NCBI GenBank assembly: GCA_031274925.1
Contig: JAISPL010000037.1
Location: forward strand, 1,231-65,230
Length of the DNA: 64,000 nucleotides
Direction: 5' to 3'
From: Syntrophobacterales bacterium
Lineage (GTDB): Bacteria > Desulfobacterota > Syntrophorhabdia > Syntrophorhabdales > Syntrophorhabdaceae
Part shown: positions 11,610 through 20,724 of the stretch, piece by piece
Numbering within the stretch: position 1 is the stretch's first letter
Layout: each line of letters opens with the position of its first letter
Program-made: the position numbers and the translations under genes
Notes under the pieces: generated by a model
The model's database searches: none
Told to the model about the DNA's origin: nothing
Seen by the model: the letters and a program-made list of their open reading frames with translations, nothing else

Positions 11610-12275
11610 TTGACTGAAACACACGGCGAGACGAGCATTGACGAGATTATAAGCATCTTGAGGAACTACCTGAAAGATGCTGTCCCTGTGGTCACCAGAT
11701 TGTCACAGAAAAGGAGAGACCCGTTCATTGTTCTAGTGGGCACCCTTTTAAGTCTCAGAACGAAAGACGAAACCACAGATCGGGCCATAGGGAGATTGAT
11801 GGCACGGGCAAAAACACCCTTGGAGATACTCAGCCTTAAAGATGAAGAACTGCAAGAGCTTATTTATCCTGTAGGTTTTTACAGAAACAAAACTAAGACC
11901 CTGAAAGAAGTGTCAAAAATAATCCTGGAAAAGTATCAAGGTGTAGTGCCCGACACGGTAGATGAGTTGCTGAACATAAGAGGGGTGGGAAGAAAGACGG
12001 CCAGCCTTGTGCTCAATGAAGGATATGCCAAGCCTGCCATTTGCGTGGACACGCACGTACACAGGATTTCCAACCGGCTTGCTATTGTCGAAACACGTAA
12101 TCCCCACCAGACCGAGAACGATCTAACAGGTGTGCTTCCGCAAAAATACTGGATTATTTTCAATACACTCCTTGTCGTTTTCGGACAGAAGGTGTGCACA
12201 CCCATCTCTCCTTTTTGCAGTACCTGCCCTCTGAATCATCTCTGTCCACAGGCAGGCGTGACGACTCATCGGTAG
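11610..12275 (+). CDS. nth: endonuclease III paralogue
   Basis: 221 aa with a TTG start preceded by SD GAAGGAGG. Motifs: GVGRKTASLVL (catalytic Lys), VDTHVHR, and CX6CX2CX5C (CTPISPFCSTCPLNHLC). Confidence 0.85.
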   Translation: MTETHGETSIDEIISILRNYLKDAVPVVTRLSQKRRDPFIVLVGTLLSLRTKDETTDRAIGRLMARAKTPLEILSLKDEELQELIYPVGFYRNKTKTLKEVSKIILEKYQGVVPDTVDELLNIRGVGRKTASLVLNEGYAKPAICVDTHVHRISNRLAIVETRNPHQTENDLTGVLPQKYWIIFNTLLVVFGQKVCTPISPFCSTCPLNHLCPQAGVTTHR

Positions 12276-13027
12276 ATCGTCTCACAACAAATTATATACC
12301 AGCTATTTCGTCCTGTATACGAAAAACTGAACAATTACGAATGGAACAATATTATGGACAACGAGAACATTTTGTGGAATTTACCATGCAATTTAATTCT
12401 CAGCGAGACAAACAGGTAAAAAGAGCGTCTTGAGAGGTGAGACGTTACCTTAAACGCTGCCTCACTTTTTTAACTATAATGGCAATTCCCCATTCTAGGG
12501 CAAAGCCGCTACGAGTAAATATTTGGATTATTGGACTCGTCTTATGTTCCTTTATCTGCTATCTGCCTTTCAGGGGTAAGGCATGCAATTAGCGTTGGGG
12601 AGTAAATACCATAGAATACTATTATGGGATGCGAAAAACTTTTTTATCTATCCTCCCAGTTCAAAGAGATGAAAATGGTTATACAGTCTCTTAAAAGAGC
12701 GGATCAGTAATTCTCAAGGCTGCTTTCAATCAAATCCATAAAGGAATTTTTAGAAAGTACATACTTTGAAATGCAGGTGCCCTTGATATTTGATTCATTT
12801 AAGAAACAGGCGAGAGTGTGTCCGTATTTGATATCAATGTATGATGGGAGACTGGGATAGACAGCCAGGAGGGGGAGGGAGGAGATCAGTCTATACTTTA
12901 CATAGAGAGAAAGAATATTGTATAGTATTGCGCGACAACAAAACATTCGACCATGCAATACAGTTCGTTGGTCCCCCAACCATACAGAATGACCTGATAG
13001 CACGGTTACGTTAAGAGGTGAAGAGTT

Positions 13028-14515
13028 ATGTCTGAAACAAATTTCGAAAGCACTGGTATGGTCGACGACTTGAGCAACAAGGAGTTGATAAAAGAAGAGC
13101 AGTTTGCCGAACTGTTCGAAAAGAGCGGAACGCTGTCAAAGAGACTTGATCCAGGCCAGAAGATTAAGTCCACAGTGGTGAGCATTTCAGGGGATTTTGT
13201 GTATGTGGATCTGGGGGGGAAAAGTGAGGGAGTTGTAGATCTCAGCGAGTTCCTGGATGAAAATTCCAACTGCACCATCAAGACAGGAGATGAATTGGAG
13301 GTCTTCTTCATTTCAGTACAGAATGGCCTCAAAAAGCTTACCACACTTATTCGCGGACTTTCCACCGTCGACCTGTCCGGTATACATGATGCCTACGAGG
13401 CAGGCTTACCCGTGAGCGGCAAGGTTACAGGAGAACTCAAGGGCGGCTTTGAGGTACACATCGGAAAAGTGAGATGCTTTTGCCCCTTCTCTCAGATTGA
13501 TCTCAGAGGAAGCAAGGATGGGGGGGTATATGTGGGTAAGACTTTTGCATTTCGGGTCCTCGAATATGAAGAAGACGGTCGCAATATCATCCTTTCGAGA
13601 CGGACCCTTTTGGAGGAAGAGAGACGGGCGCAGATAGACACCCTCAAGAAAAGTCTCCAAGTCGGCATGGAAGTGCCCGCCAAGGTCCGTTCCATTCAAA
13701 GTTTCGGTGCTTTTGTGGACCTCGGCGGCATCGACGGTCTCATACCAATGAGCGAGCTTGCGTGGGACCGCTCGGAAAAGGCCAAAGACATACTTTCCGT
13801 TGGACAAGAAGTCATCGCAAAAATTATAGCTCTCGATTGGGAGAAAGATCGACTAACCCTCAGTTTGAAGGCAATGCAGGCTGATCCATGGCTCTTGGTG
13901 GCAGAAAAATACTCGCCTGATATGGCGGTCACGGGAAAAATTGTAAGACTCGCTCCATTCGGAGTTTTTGTTTCGCTTGAACCGGGCATTGACGGGCTGC
14001 TACATATATCCAAACTGGCTGGAGGGAGAAGGATCAAACATCCGAAAGAGGTAGTTGAAGTCGGTCAGGAAGTTGAAGTATTTATCCTTGAAGTCGATGC
14101 GAACAACAGAAAAATATCGCTCTCGATGAAAAAAAAGATAGAGAAAGATAGGCTGCCCATGCCTCAAATAGGTGAAATTCTGCGCGGAACCGTCGAAAGG
14201 GTAATGCCCTACGGGCTTTTTCTGAATACAGAGAGTGGCGTGACCGGGTTCATACCAAACTCTGAGATGGGAACCCCCAAGGGAACCAATCATAGTCGAA
14301 TGTTCCCTGAAGGTACGCCAATGGAGGTCGTAGTCACGACAATTGATGAAGCCCACGGCAAAGTCACGTTCAGCCGTAGCGGTGTCGAAGAAAAGGTGGC
14401 ACAGGATGAGTACGTTCAGTACAAGGACAAGGTGAAAAAACAGGAAACATCGTCCGGTGGATTCGGAAGCCTTGGCGAGCTCATCATGGCAAAGTTAGGC
14501 GAAGTAAAAAGGTAG
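13028..14515 (+). CDS. S1 RNA-binding domain protein (ribosomal protein S1-like, about 5 S1 repeats)
   Basis: 495 aa with repeated S1/OB modules (G.KIKSTVVSISGDFVYVDLGG..EGVV, GMEVPAKVRSIQSFGAFVDLGGIDGLIP, VTGKIVRLAPFGVFVSLEPGIDGLLHIS, LRGTVERVMPYGLFLN). SD AAGAGGTG upstream. Confidence 0.8.
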   Translation: MSETNFESTGMVDDLSNKELIKEEQFAELFEKSGTLSKRLDPGQKIKSTVVSISGDFVYVDLGGKSEGVVDLSEFLDENSNCTIKTGDELEVFFISVQNGLKKLTTLIRGLSTVDLSGIHDAYEAGLPVSGKVTGELKGGFEVHIGKVRCFCPFSQIDLRGSKDGGVYVGKTFAFRVLEYEEDGRNIILSRRTLLEEERRAQIDTLKKSLQVGMEVPAKVRSIQSFGAFVDLGGIDGLIPMSELAWDRSEKAKDILSVGQEVIAKIIALDWEKDRLTLSLKAMQADPWLLVAEKYSPDMAVTGKIVRLAPFGVFVSLEPGIDGLLHISKLAGGRRIKHPKEVVEVGQEVEVFILEVDANNRKISLSMKKKIEKDRLPMPQIGEILRGTVERVMPYGLFLNTESGVTGFIPNSEMGTPKGTNHSRMFPEGTPMEVVVTTIDEAHGKVTFSRSGVEEKVAQDEYVQYKDKVKKQETSSGGFGSLGELIMAKLGEVKR

Positions 14516-14921
14516 TTCGCCTAACATCCATAAATCTGGAGATCCGTCCGGAGGGTCCTCATAATCTGACTTAACTGAAATCTATCCTCAAACCTGATGA
14601 TATTCTTCCGATGTATACAATATGACATAGGAGGAATGGATGATGACCACGCAGAAAAAACGATCAGGCATTAATACGAGGACCTTCACGATTGAGTAAG
14701 GGAGTTGTTTTTTATAAAGGAGTTGTAGCGGATGTAAGGATGCAAGTCTCTTTAGAAAAGTGACCCCTGCCATTGCCACCCAGAGTCTGGGGGATCATTC
14801 ATGATCTTTAAGGAAGCACAACAAACTTGAAGCTTAAGCATATGCGTTCTACGCGGTAGTTTATAGCCACACTCCATTACAGTAAGAACAGCCTATCCGC
14901 ATATCAGGTTCTGTCCAGATA

Positions 14922-15851
14922 GTTTCGCAAATTAGTTCGCGGCCGATGGAAGATAGAGTTTATCCAACCATATCACCGGATTCAAACTCGTAGCTCTCAA
15001 AATGCTTCATGCTCATGTATTTTTTGTTACCCCACTTGAGTGCCTGCAACATGGCGCAACCTCGCGCAGACCAGCATCAATGCGGACTTCCGCGCCAACA
15101 GCCCTTGTCCGGCGGCGGATCTCCCGATTCAGACGCTCTATTAGTCTTAATCCAATGCTCGCTAAAATACGTCAATGTTTCCTCAATACTGCCCTTCCGC
15201 TTCCGACAGCTCGGAGTTCATCAACAACGGGGCATGGGCCTTTTCCTGCGCGGGCATGGATGTTTAGTCACCGAGAACACGTTACGATAGAAATCTTCCA
15301 ACATCCCTCGGCTCTTCCAGCTTCATCTCCCTTCAGCCATTGGAAGCAGCTTCTTTCATGCCTTTCACGGTAGCCACGCGGCGATCAGGATACTGACGTT
15401 CTCATTCATCCACATAAACGTAAAGATATTTCCCTCCAGTCAATGGTCTGTTCCGCCAAGCCTCAATGTGGACGTTTAAGACTTTCGTACACCACAGGGG
15501 CCTCCGTGATGTCCTCCATCCGGCGGACACCCCGGTTTTCGCGGTCTCAAATGCCATCCCCTTCAGCTTTGGGATTTTGAGCGTCACATCACCGGAGGAG
15601 TGGCCACTTCGGTAGCCCTGGCGCTGTACGTTCGTATTTAGCGGCTATAGCACCTCCTGTTCCAACAGACTGTTTAGCGTTTCTTCCACACTACCGAAGA
15701 CTAACTCCTTCAGCTCATCCTTTATGACTCCCTCGTTTAGTTGTATGATTTTCTTAGGCATGGTTCGCGGACTCCTTTCGGTTTAAATGATGTTTTGCAA
15801 CGCCATTTTACCTATTGGCCGCGAACCTGTCTTTATTCAATTTGCAAAATT
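14922..15851 (-). mobile_element. decayed IS256-family insertion sequence with imperfect terminal inverted repeats
   Basis: Reading outward, both ends start GGCCGCGAAC ... ATTTGC(G/A)AAA. The left copy is at 14922-14944 and the right copy at 15817-15851, which carries an 11-nt larger internal insertion. They bracket the transposase pseudogene. Confidence 0.6.
14960..15761 (-). pseudogene. IS256-family (Mutator-type) transposase pseudogene, with frameshifts and internal deletions
   Basis: My minus-strand translation starts MPKKIIQLNEGVIKDELKELVFGSVEETLNSLLEQEVL* at ATG 15761. Other frames give AAKYERT.., GDVTLKIPKLKGMAFETA.., HIEAWRNRPLTGGKYLYVYVDE*, LRHVAGTQ(W)G.KKYMSMKHFESYEFESGDMVG* (stop 14960-14962). 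These are the conserved IS256 transposase blocks, but spread over three frames and only about 800 bp against an expected 1.2 kb. Confidence 0.8.
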
Positions 15852-16104
15852 TATCAGCTTATCGCATACCACACATTTTTACGTAAAGTTCTGTTAAGAG
15901 TAGACATAGACTTAAATGATGATTGACTCGCATGAAACTCGCATGGAGCGGACGCGTTCTGGGAAATAGTCCGTCTTACGGACCCTTCTCAACGCCCTTA
16001 CCATATATCGAGGACACGATATCGGATACAAGAAAACGGTACAGCAAAGAAAAGAGGTATCGGATTGATATGGTGGGTAAGGCAAATTACCATCGTCTCC
16101 GCAT

Positions 16105-16146
16105 CTACAAAAGAGAGGGGTCCCTAATTCAAGGAACCCCTCTCCC
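16105..16146 (-). terminator. rho-independent terminator after coxG
   Basis: Hairpin GAGAGGGGT..ACCCCTCTC (16113-16144). On the minus strand it is followed by TTTTGTAG, 25 nt after the stop at 16171. Confidence 0.65.
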
Positions 16147-16170
16147 AATACCGTTCGAACAAAGATATTT

Positions 16171-16623
16171 CTATGCGATACTCGCCAGCTTTTCCTGGAG
16201 ATTCTTCGTGAACACCTTTTCTGTGTCTTTTGCTTTCTGTTTCATTACCCTGTCGCCGAACATCGCAAGTTTTCCGACAATTGTCACATTCACTTTATAG
16301 GAGAACTCAACTTCGCCGGGAGCCGTTTCTTTGAGATCAAGGAATGTCTTCTGCTTGAAGTGACCAAGCTTCGTCATATCCTCGCCTTCGCCCTCAAACT
16401 CGGCATGGGTCGGTTTTTCAATTTTTATTTTTTTTGTTACGAATTTCAACTTGACCGATATGATCCCGACTCTCTGTTTTACCACGCTCTCAAAGCTCAT
16501 ATCGTCGATAATCTTGACTGACTCCGTGCCAGGTATACACATCATGACGGTTTCTGGTTGCATGAGAAAATCAAACAGCTTTTCGATCGGCGCTTTGACC
16601 GTAAATCCACCTTCAATTATCAT
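16171..16623 (-). CDS. coxG: CoxG-family SRPBCC protein
   Basis: 150 aa. The N-terminus MIIEGGFTVKAPIEKLFDFLMQPETVMMCIPG is typical of carbon-monoxide-dehydrogenase subunit G-like proteins. It is the last gene of the Mo-hydroxylase operon. Confidence 0.7.
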   Translation of the reverse strand: MIIEGGFTVKAPIEKLFDFLMQPETVMMCIPGTESVKIIDDMSFESVVKQRVGIISVKLKFVTKKIKIEKPTHAEFEGEGEDMTKLGHFKQKTFLDLKETAPGEVEFSYKVNVTIVGKLAMFGDRVMKQKAKDTEKVFTKNLQEKLASIA

Positions 16624-16663
16624 GAAAGCCTCCTTTTATTCAAAACGTTGCTAATGTTCCCGT

Positions 16664-16897
16664 TTACTTTTTCAGGCTTGCTTGCGCCTTCTCGATAAGC
16701 TCCGCAACTGTCTGATAGCTCTGATTTCCGGGATTCAATGCTTGTTCAACCAGCAGGTCCTTGAAATTTACGCCCTGTGAGTCAACCCAGTCCCGGTGTT
16801 TTTTGTCGCCTGTTCCAAACACGTGTCGCGCCGCCTGCAAGCTCACTTCATACTGTTTGCCACATACGGGGCATCTATATTTTAACTCAATAGCCAT
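16664..16897 (-). CDS. small hypothetical protein with a C2H2-like metal-binding motif
   Basis: 77 aa. Strong SD (GAGGAGG, 6 nt before the ATG). Motif CPVCGKQYEVSLQAARHVFGTGDKKH = CX2C-X12-H-X8-H. It lies between the Mo large subunit and coxG. Confidence 0.55.
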   Translation of the reverse strand: MAIELKYRCPVCGKQYEVSLQAARHVFGTGDKKHRDWVDSQGVNFKDLLVEQALNPGNQSYQTVAELIEKAQASLKK

Positions 16898-16931
16898 TGC
16901 ATACCTCCTCTCTACTCATTCGGTATTTGTT

Positions 16932-19241
16932 TTACTTGCCGACTTTTTCTTTTTCTGCCTTCTCTCTCAATGCCTCCACGATCATATGCGGTCTGATCGG
17001 GCATTCCTTTATCTGAATGCCGAGGGCATTGAAGATAGCGTTGCCTATTGCCGCTGCCGTCGGGTTTGTAAGGCCTTCGCCGGCTTCCTTCGCACCGTAC
17101 GGTCCTTCCGGCTCATACGTGTCGATTTCGGCGATAGGGACAGGCGGCATTTCCGTGGCTCTGATCATTTTGTAGTCGACCAGGTTCGGATTCATAAGCT
17201 TGCCGTCTTCGTATGGCATATACTCAAGATAACCATAGCCCGCTGCCATGGAGAACGCGCCTTCCAACTGACCGGTAAGGCCCAGATGGTTGATCGGCGT
17301 CCCGCAGTCATGGGCGGTGAGACTGTCAATAAGGTCAATTTTGCCTGTCTCCGGATCAATTTCAACTTCCACACCTTGCAGCATATAACTGTAAGCCGGA
17401 GATATCATACCTTTTCTATGAGGAGTGTAATAACCCCTGCCTACGATCCTCTGTCCATCCTTACCGCGAAGGGCTATCTTAACCAGTTCTTCAAAGGGCA
17501 TGCCTCTCTCAGGACGTGCTACAATATGTACCCACCGATCCGCGATGTCGAGGTCGTATACTATATTTAAGCCCATTTTCGCCAGCGCGAATTCTAAAAG
17601 TTGGTGTTTTGCATCTTCACACGCCCTCTTTGTCGCATTACCGGTCATTAGAGTCTGTCTGGAACCCCATGCACCGAGGTCAGCCGGACAGTGGTCGGTG
17701 TCGCCTGAATGAACCTTTATATCCTCAACTTTGACTCCGAGCGTTTCTGCGGCGATTATTGCCATCGTCGTGTTAGAACCCTGGCCGATCTCTGTTGCGC
17801 CTATATGAAGCTCAACGGTTGCATCCTGATTGATGGTAACAACAGCTGAAGAGAATGAATACGGAGTATCAAACCAGTTGAAGATGCCACCCGACATAAA
17901 ACCTGCAGCCGAGAAACCAAGACCTCTATTGGGAGGAAGACCGCCAGCTTTCTTCTTGGTAAGCCAGTCCTGCATGATCGTGAATGCCTCGTCGAGACCA
18001 CAGCTGGCGATAAACGCCTGGCCCGGGACTTCGTAACCGGCGTAGTGACCGTTTTTCCGTCTCATCTCGACCGGGTCAAGACCAAGGTCTTTCGCGATCC
18101 ACTCAAGCTGCTGTTCGGAACAAAACAACGCCTGGGGTGCGCCAAAACCACGCATGGAGGTTGACGGAAGGGTGTTCGTGTAAACTCTGTATCCGTCGTA
18201 CCGGTATCCGCCCCACCTGTAAGGAAAGGAGTGGAAGAAGCCGGTCAGGTATAAGGCTGTTGCCCCCATACCTGTGTATGCACCGCCGTTGCTCACAACC
18301 CTTGACTCACGGGCAAGGAATGTACCGTCTTTTGATACGCCGGTACGGACCCAATAGTGCATCGGGGTTCTACGCTTGGAGGCAATGAAATCCTCCTCTC
18401 TGCTGAATACAACCTTCACAGGTCTGAAAGTCTTCATGCTGAGAATAGATGAGCAGAAAACTGCGCCGTCAAGCTCAAACTTACCGCCGAAACCACCGCC
18501 CACATACTGTGCGATGACGCGGATATCACCCTCTCTCATGCCCAGTACACCAGCCATAAGGGCTTGTATGTAATATGCAGACTGGTTCGAATGCCAAATG
18601 GTAAGTTTTTTCTCGGGAGTGTAACTGGCCACTGCAGACCTGGTCTCCATGCACATATGTGCCTGGCCGCCACAGAAAAAGTGGTCTTCTCTGATATAGT
18701 CGGCCTTCTCAAAACCACCTTCCACGTCACCCCACTCGATATGCCGGGTAACATTGATATTTCTCTCCACACCTTCATGAAGCTCCGGCGCACCCTTCTT
18801 CATGGCTTCGTACGGCTCAAACACACCATCAAGCACATCGTACTCAACATCAATAAAGTCAAGGGCTTTTTCCGCGATTTCCTCTGTAATTGCCGCTACT
18901 GCGCATACAGGTTCACCGATGTAGCGAACCTTGTCAATCGGAAGAATCTGCTCATCACAAAGCTCGTTGAACCGCCGCCAGATACCCTGCTTTACGCCAA
19001 GCGTGTCTTTCCCCGTCACCACGGCCTTTACACCGTTCATCGCCAGGGCTTTGCTTGCATCGATACTTATTATTTTTGCATGAGCATGCGGACTCCGAAG
19101 GATCTTTCCGTAGAGCATACCGGGCAGTTTCACGTCGAAACTGTATGTCGCCCGGCCCGTCACCTTCGCAATGCCATCGATATTATGAACGTGGGTATTA
19201 ATAACGTGCAGTTTTTCTTTCGCCAGACTTGTGGTTGTCAT
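16932..19241 (-). CDS. xanthine dehydrogenase/aldehyde oxidase family molybdopterin-binding large subunit
   Basis: 769 aa. Motifs: GKILRSPHAHAKI, the MoCo motif VGGGFGGK, and C-terminal GAKEAGEG (catalytic Glu region). The start overlaps the small-subunit stop by 4 nt. Confidence 0.9.
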   Translation of the reverse strand: MTTTSLAKEKLHVINTHVHNIDGIAKVTGRATYSFDVKLPGMLYGKILRSPHAHAKIISIDASKALAMNGVKAVVTGKDTLGVKQGIWRRFNELCDEQILPIDKVRYIGEPVCAVAAITEEIAEKALDFIDVEYDVLDGVFEPYEAMKKGAPELHEGVERNINVTRHIEWGDVEGGFEKADYIREDHFFCGGQAHMCMETRSAVASYTPEKKLTIWHSNQSAYYIQALMAGVLGMREGDIRVIAQYVGGGFGGKFELDGAVFCSSILSMKTFRPVKVVFSREEDFIASKRRTPMHYWVRTGVSKDGTFLARESRVVSNGGAYTGMGATALYLTGFFHSFPYRWGGYRYDGYRVYTNTLPSTSMRGFGAPQALFCSEQQLEWIAKDLGLDPVEMRRKNGHYAGYEVPGQAFIASCGLDEAFTIMQDWLTKKKAGGLPPNRGLGFSAAGFMSGGIFNWFDTPYSFSSAVVTINQDATVELHIGATEIGQGSNTTMAIIAAETLGVKVEDIKVHSGDTDHCPADLGAWGSRQTLMTGNATKRACEDAKHQLLEFALAKMGLNIVYDLDIADRWVHIVARPERGMPFEELVKIALRGKDGQRIVGRGYYTPHRKGMISPAYSYMLQGVEVEIDPETGKIDLIDSLTAHDCGTPINHLGLTGQLEGAFSMAAGYGYLEYMPYEDGKLMNPNLVDYKMIRATEMPPVPIAEIDTYEPEGPYGAKEAGEGLTNPTAAAIGNAIFNALGIQIKECPIRPHMIVEALREKAEKEKVGK

Positions 19242-19723
19242 AGTGAGTCCTCCTTGTACATACCTTTTGCCACCCGCTCGACAGCCCGAACAATGCTATT
19301 GTAACCGGTGCAGCGACAGATATTGCCTTCTATGGCCTCTTTGATCTCATCAACAGTAGGTTTCGGGTTCTCAATGAGCAGCCCTGATGTAGCCATCAGC
19401 ATACCTGAGGTACAGAAACCACACTGATAGGAACCTTCGTCCAGGAATGCGTTCTGGATAGGGGCAAGTTTCCCATTTGCCTCAAGCCCCTCGGAAGTAG
19501 TGATTTCCATACCTATACACTGCATTGCTAGTATGGAACACGCCTTTACGGCCAGACCGTTCACGAGCACCGTACAAGCTCCGCAAGAAACCGTTTCGCA
19601 ACCCCTTTTCGTCCCGGTAAGCCCGATATGATCTCTTATGGCTTCAACAAGAAGGGTTTTGGGGTTTACGTAAAGTTCATACTCTACTTTATTGACCGAC
19701 AATTTTATCTCTTTCTTTTCCAT
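19238..19723 (-). CDS. (2Fe-2S)-binding small subunit of the Mo hydroxylase
   Basis: 161 aa. Plant-type cluster GCETVSCGACTV plus the second cluster CGFCTSGM...CRCTGY. Confidence 0.9.
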   Translation of the reverse strand: MEKKEIKLSVNKVEYELYVNPKTLLVEAIRDHIGLTGTKRGCETVSCGACTVLVNGLAVKACSILAMQCIGMEITTSEGLEANGKLAPIQNAFLDEGSYQCGFCTSGMLMATSGLLIENPKPTVDEIKEAIEGNICRCTGYNSIVRAVERVAKGMYKEDSL

Positions 19724-19738
19724 ACTGTATAAACCTCC

Positions 19739-20614
19739 CTACCCTAATTTGACAGCCTGTTCCCAAGCCTGTTTTGCCAAACGCTTCGTCAGGACTTTGA
19801 TCAGGTGCCGTCTGAAATCATCGGATGCATGGATATCGGACACAGGATCCGCATCTCCGCCTGCGGCCTCGCCGGCCTCCGCAAAGATGGCATCATCGGG
19901 CTTCTTGCCAATAAGAACCTTCTCTGCACTTTTCGCGCGAATCGGTGTTACTCCCGCATTGCCAAGTACAACTCTCGCGTCGGTGATCATTCCTGATGCG
20001 TCTACAACCACTTTCGCAGCCACACCCACGATGCCCATGTCATTCTGTAGAAGGTTAAATTTCTTGTATACACATGCGGTCTTCGGGGTCATAGGAGGAA
20101 CCTGGACCTCAAGGATCATTTCGTCATGTTCCATTGCAGTTTCAAACAGGTCGGTATAGAACTCTTCAAGTTCCATAACCCTCTCACCTTTATTCGATCC
20201 CACCTTTATTTTTGCCCCTAGCGCAATCAGCACGGGAGCCGGGTCGCCTGCAGCGTCTGCGTGAGCCAGGTTGCCACCGATCGTTCCCCAGTTACGCGTC
20301 TGAACTGAGGCAAGTCTTTCTTCCATTTTAGGCAGAATAGAATATTTCTCTTTAAGCAGCGCCGACGTTTCTATACTCTTGTGGGTTGTAGTAGCGCCCA
20401 TTTTTAGACCTTCTTTGTCGTCATACTTGATATAATCAAGCTCTTTCAAGCCTTTGATGTCGATCAGGTGGTTCGTGACAATAAGGCCCTGCCGCATGAC
20501 AATAAGCAGTGATTGACCGCCGCAGATAATCTTACAATCGTCCACATGATCTGAAAGCATGGTCAACGCTTCCTGGACCGTGCCTGGTCTTAGGTACGTA
20601 AAATCATGTATCAT
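19739..20614 (-). CDS. FAD-binding medium subunit of the Mo hydroxylase (CoxM-like)
   Basis: 291 aa. Motifs ICGGQSLL and GTIGGNLAHADAAGD are typical of the FAD-binding domain of molybdopterin dehydrogenases. SD GGAAAGGAG. Confidence 0.85.
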   Translation of the reverse strand: MIHDFTYLRPGTVQEALTMLSDHVDDCKIICGGQSLLIVMRQGLIVTNHLIDIKGLKELDYIKYDDKEGLKMGATTTHKSIETSALLKEKYSILPKMEERLASVQTRNWGTIGGNLAHADAAGDPAPVLIALGAKIKVGSNKGERVMELEEFYTDLFETAMEHDEMILEVQVPPMTPKTACVYKKFNLLQNDMGIVGVAAKVVVDASGMITDARVVLGNAGVTPIRAKSAEKVLIGKKPDDAIFAEAGEAAGGDADPVSDIHASDDFRRHLIKVLTKRLAKQAWEQAVKLG

Positions 20615-20724
20615 GTTTATCTCCTTTCCGTAATACTTTCTTAGCTGTTTTTAAACCGTAAATTTAGCCGCCGCCAACAGTAGTTTCTTGACAAGTCCTG
20701 ATTGCTCGCCCTTGAACCTGCAGC

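Noticed and set aside
12704-13003. 99-aa minus-strand ORF upstream of the S1-domain gene
   Set aside because: It is an AT-rich, low-complexity translation with no SD or motif. It is probably a chance ORF in non-coding DNA.
14630-14700. AGGAGG followed by a 19-codon ORF (MMTTQKKRSGINTRTFTIE) as a possible leader peptide
   Set aside because: There is no downstream gene on that strand, since the next feature is the IS256 fossil. No attenuator-like alternative hairpins were found.
16761-19304. 269-aa and 246-aa plus-strand ORFs (16761-17570 and 18564-19304)
   Set aside because: They are antisense to the Mo-hydroxylase large subunit, Arg/Cys/His-rich and motif-free. They are shadow frames of a well-supported gene.
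16932-20614. Identification of the Mo enzyme as 4-hydroxybenzoyl-CoA reductase, based on subunit lengths of 769 and 161 aa
   Set aside because: The FAD subunit is 291 aa with only a few cysteines and lacks the Cys-loop insertion that binds the extra [4Fe-4S] cluster in that enzyme. This comparison is from memory. The gene order is coxMSL-like, and there are no benzoyl-CoA pathway genes nearby. I left the substrate unknown.
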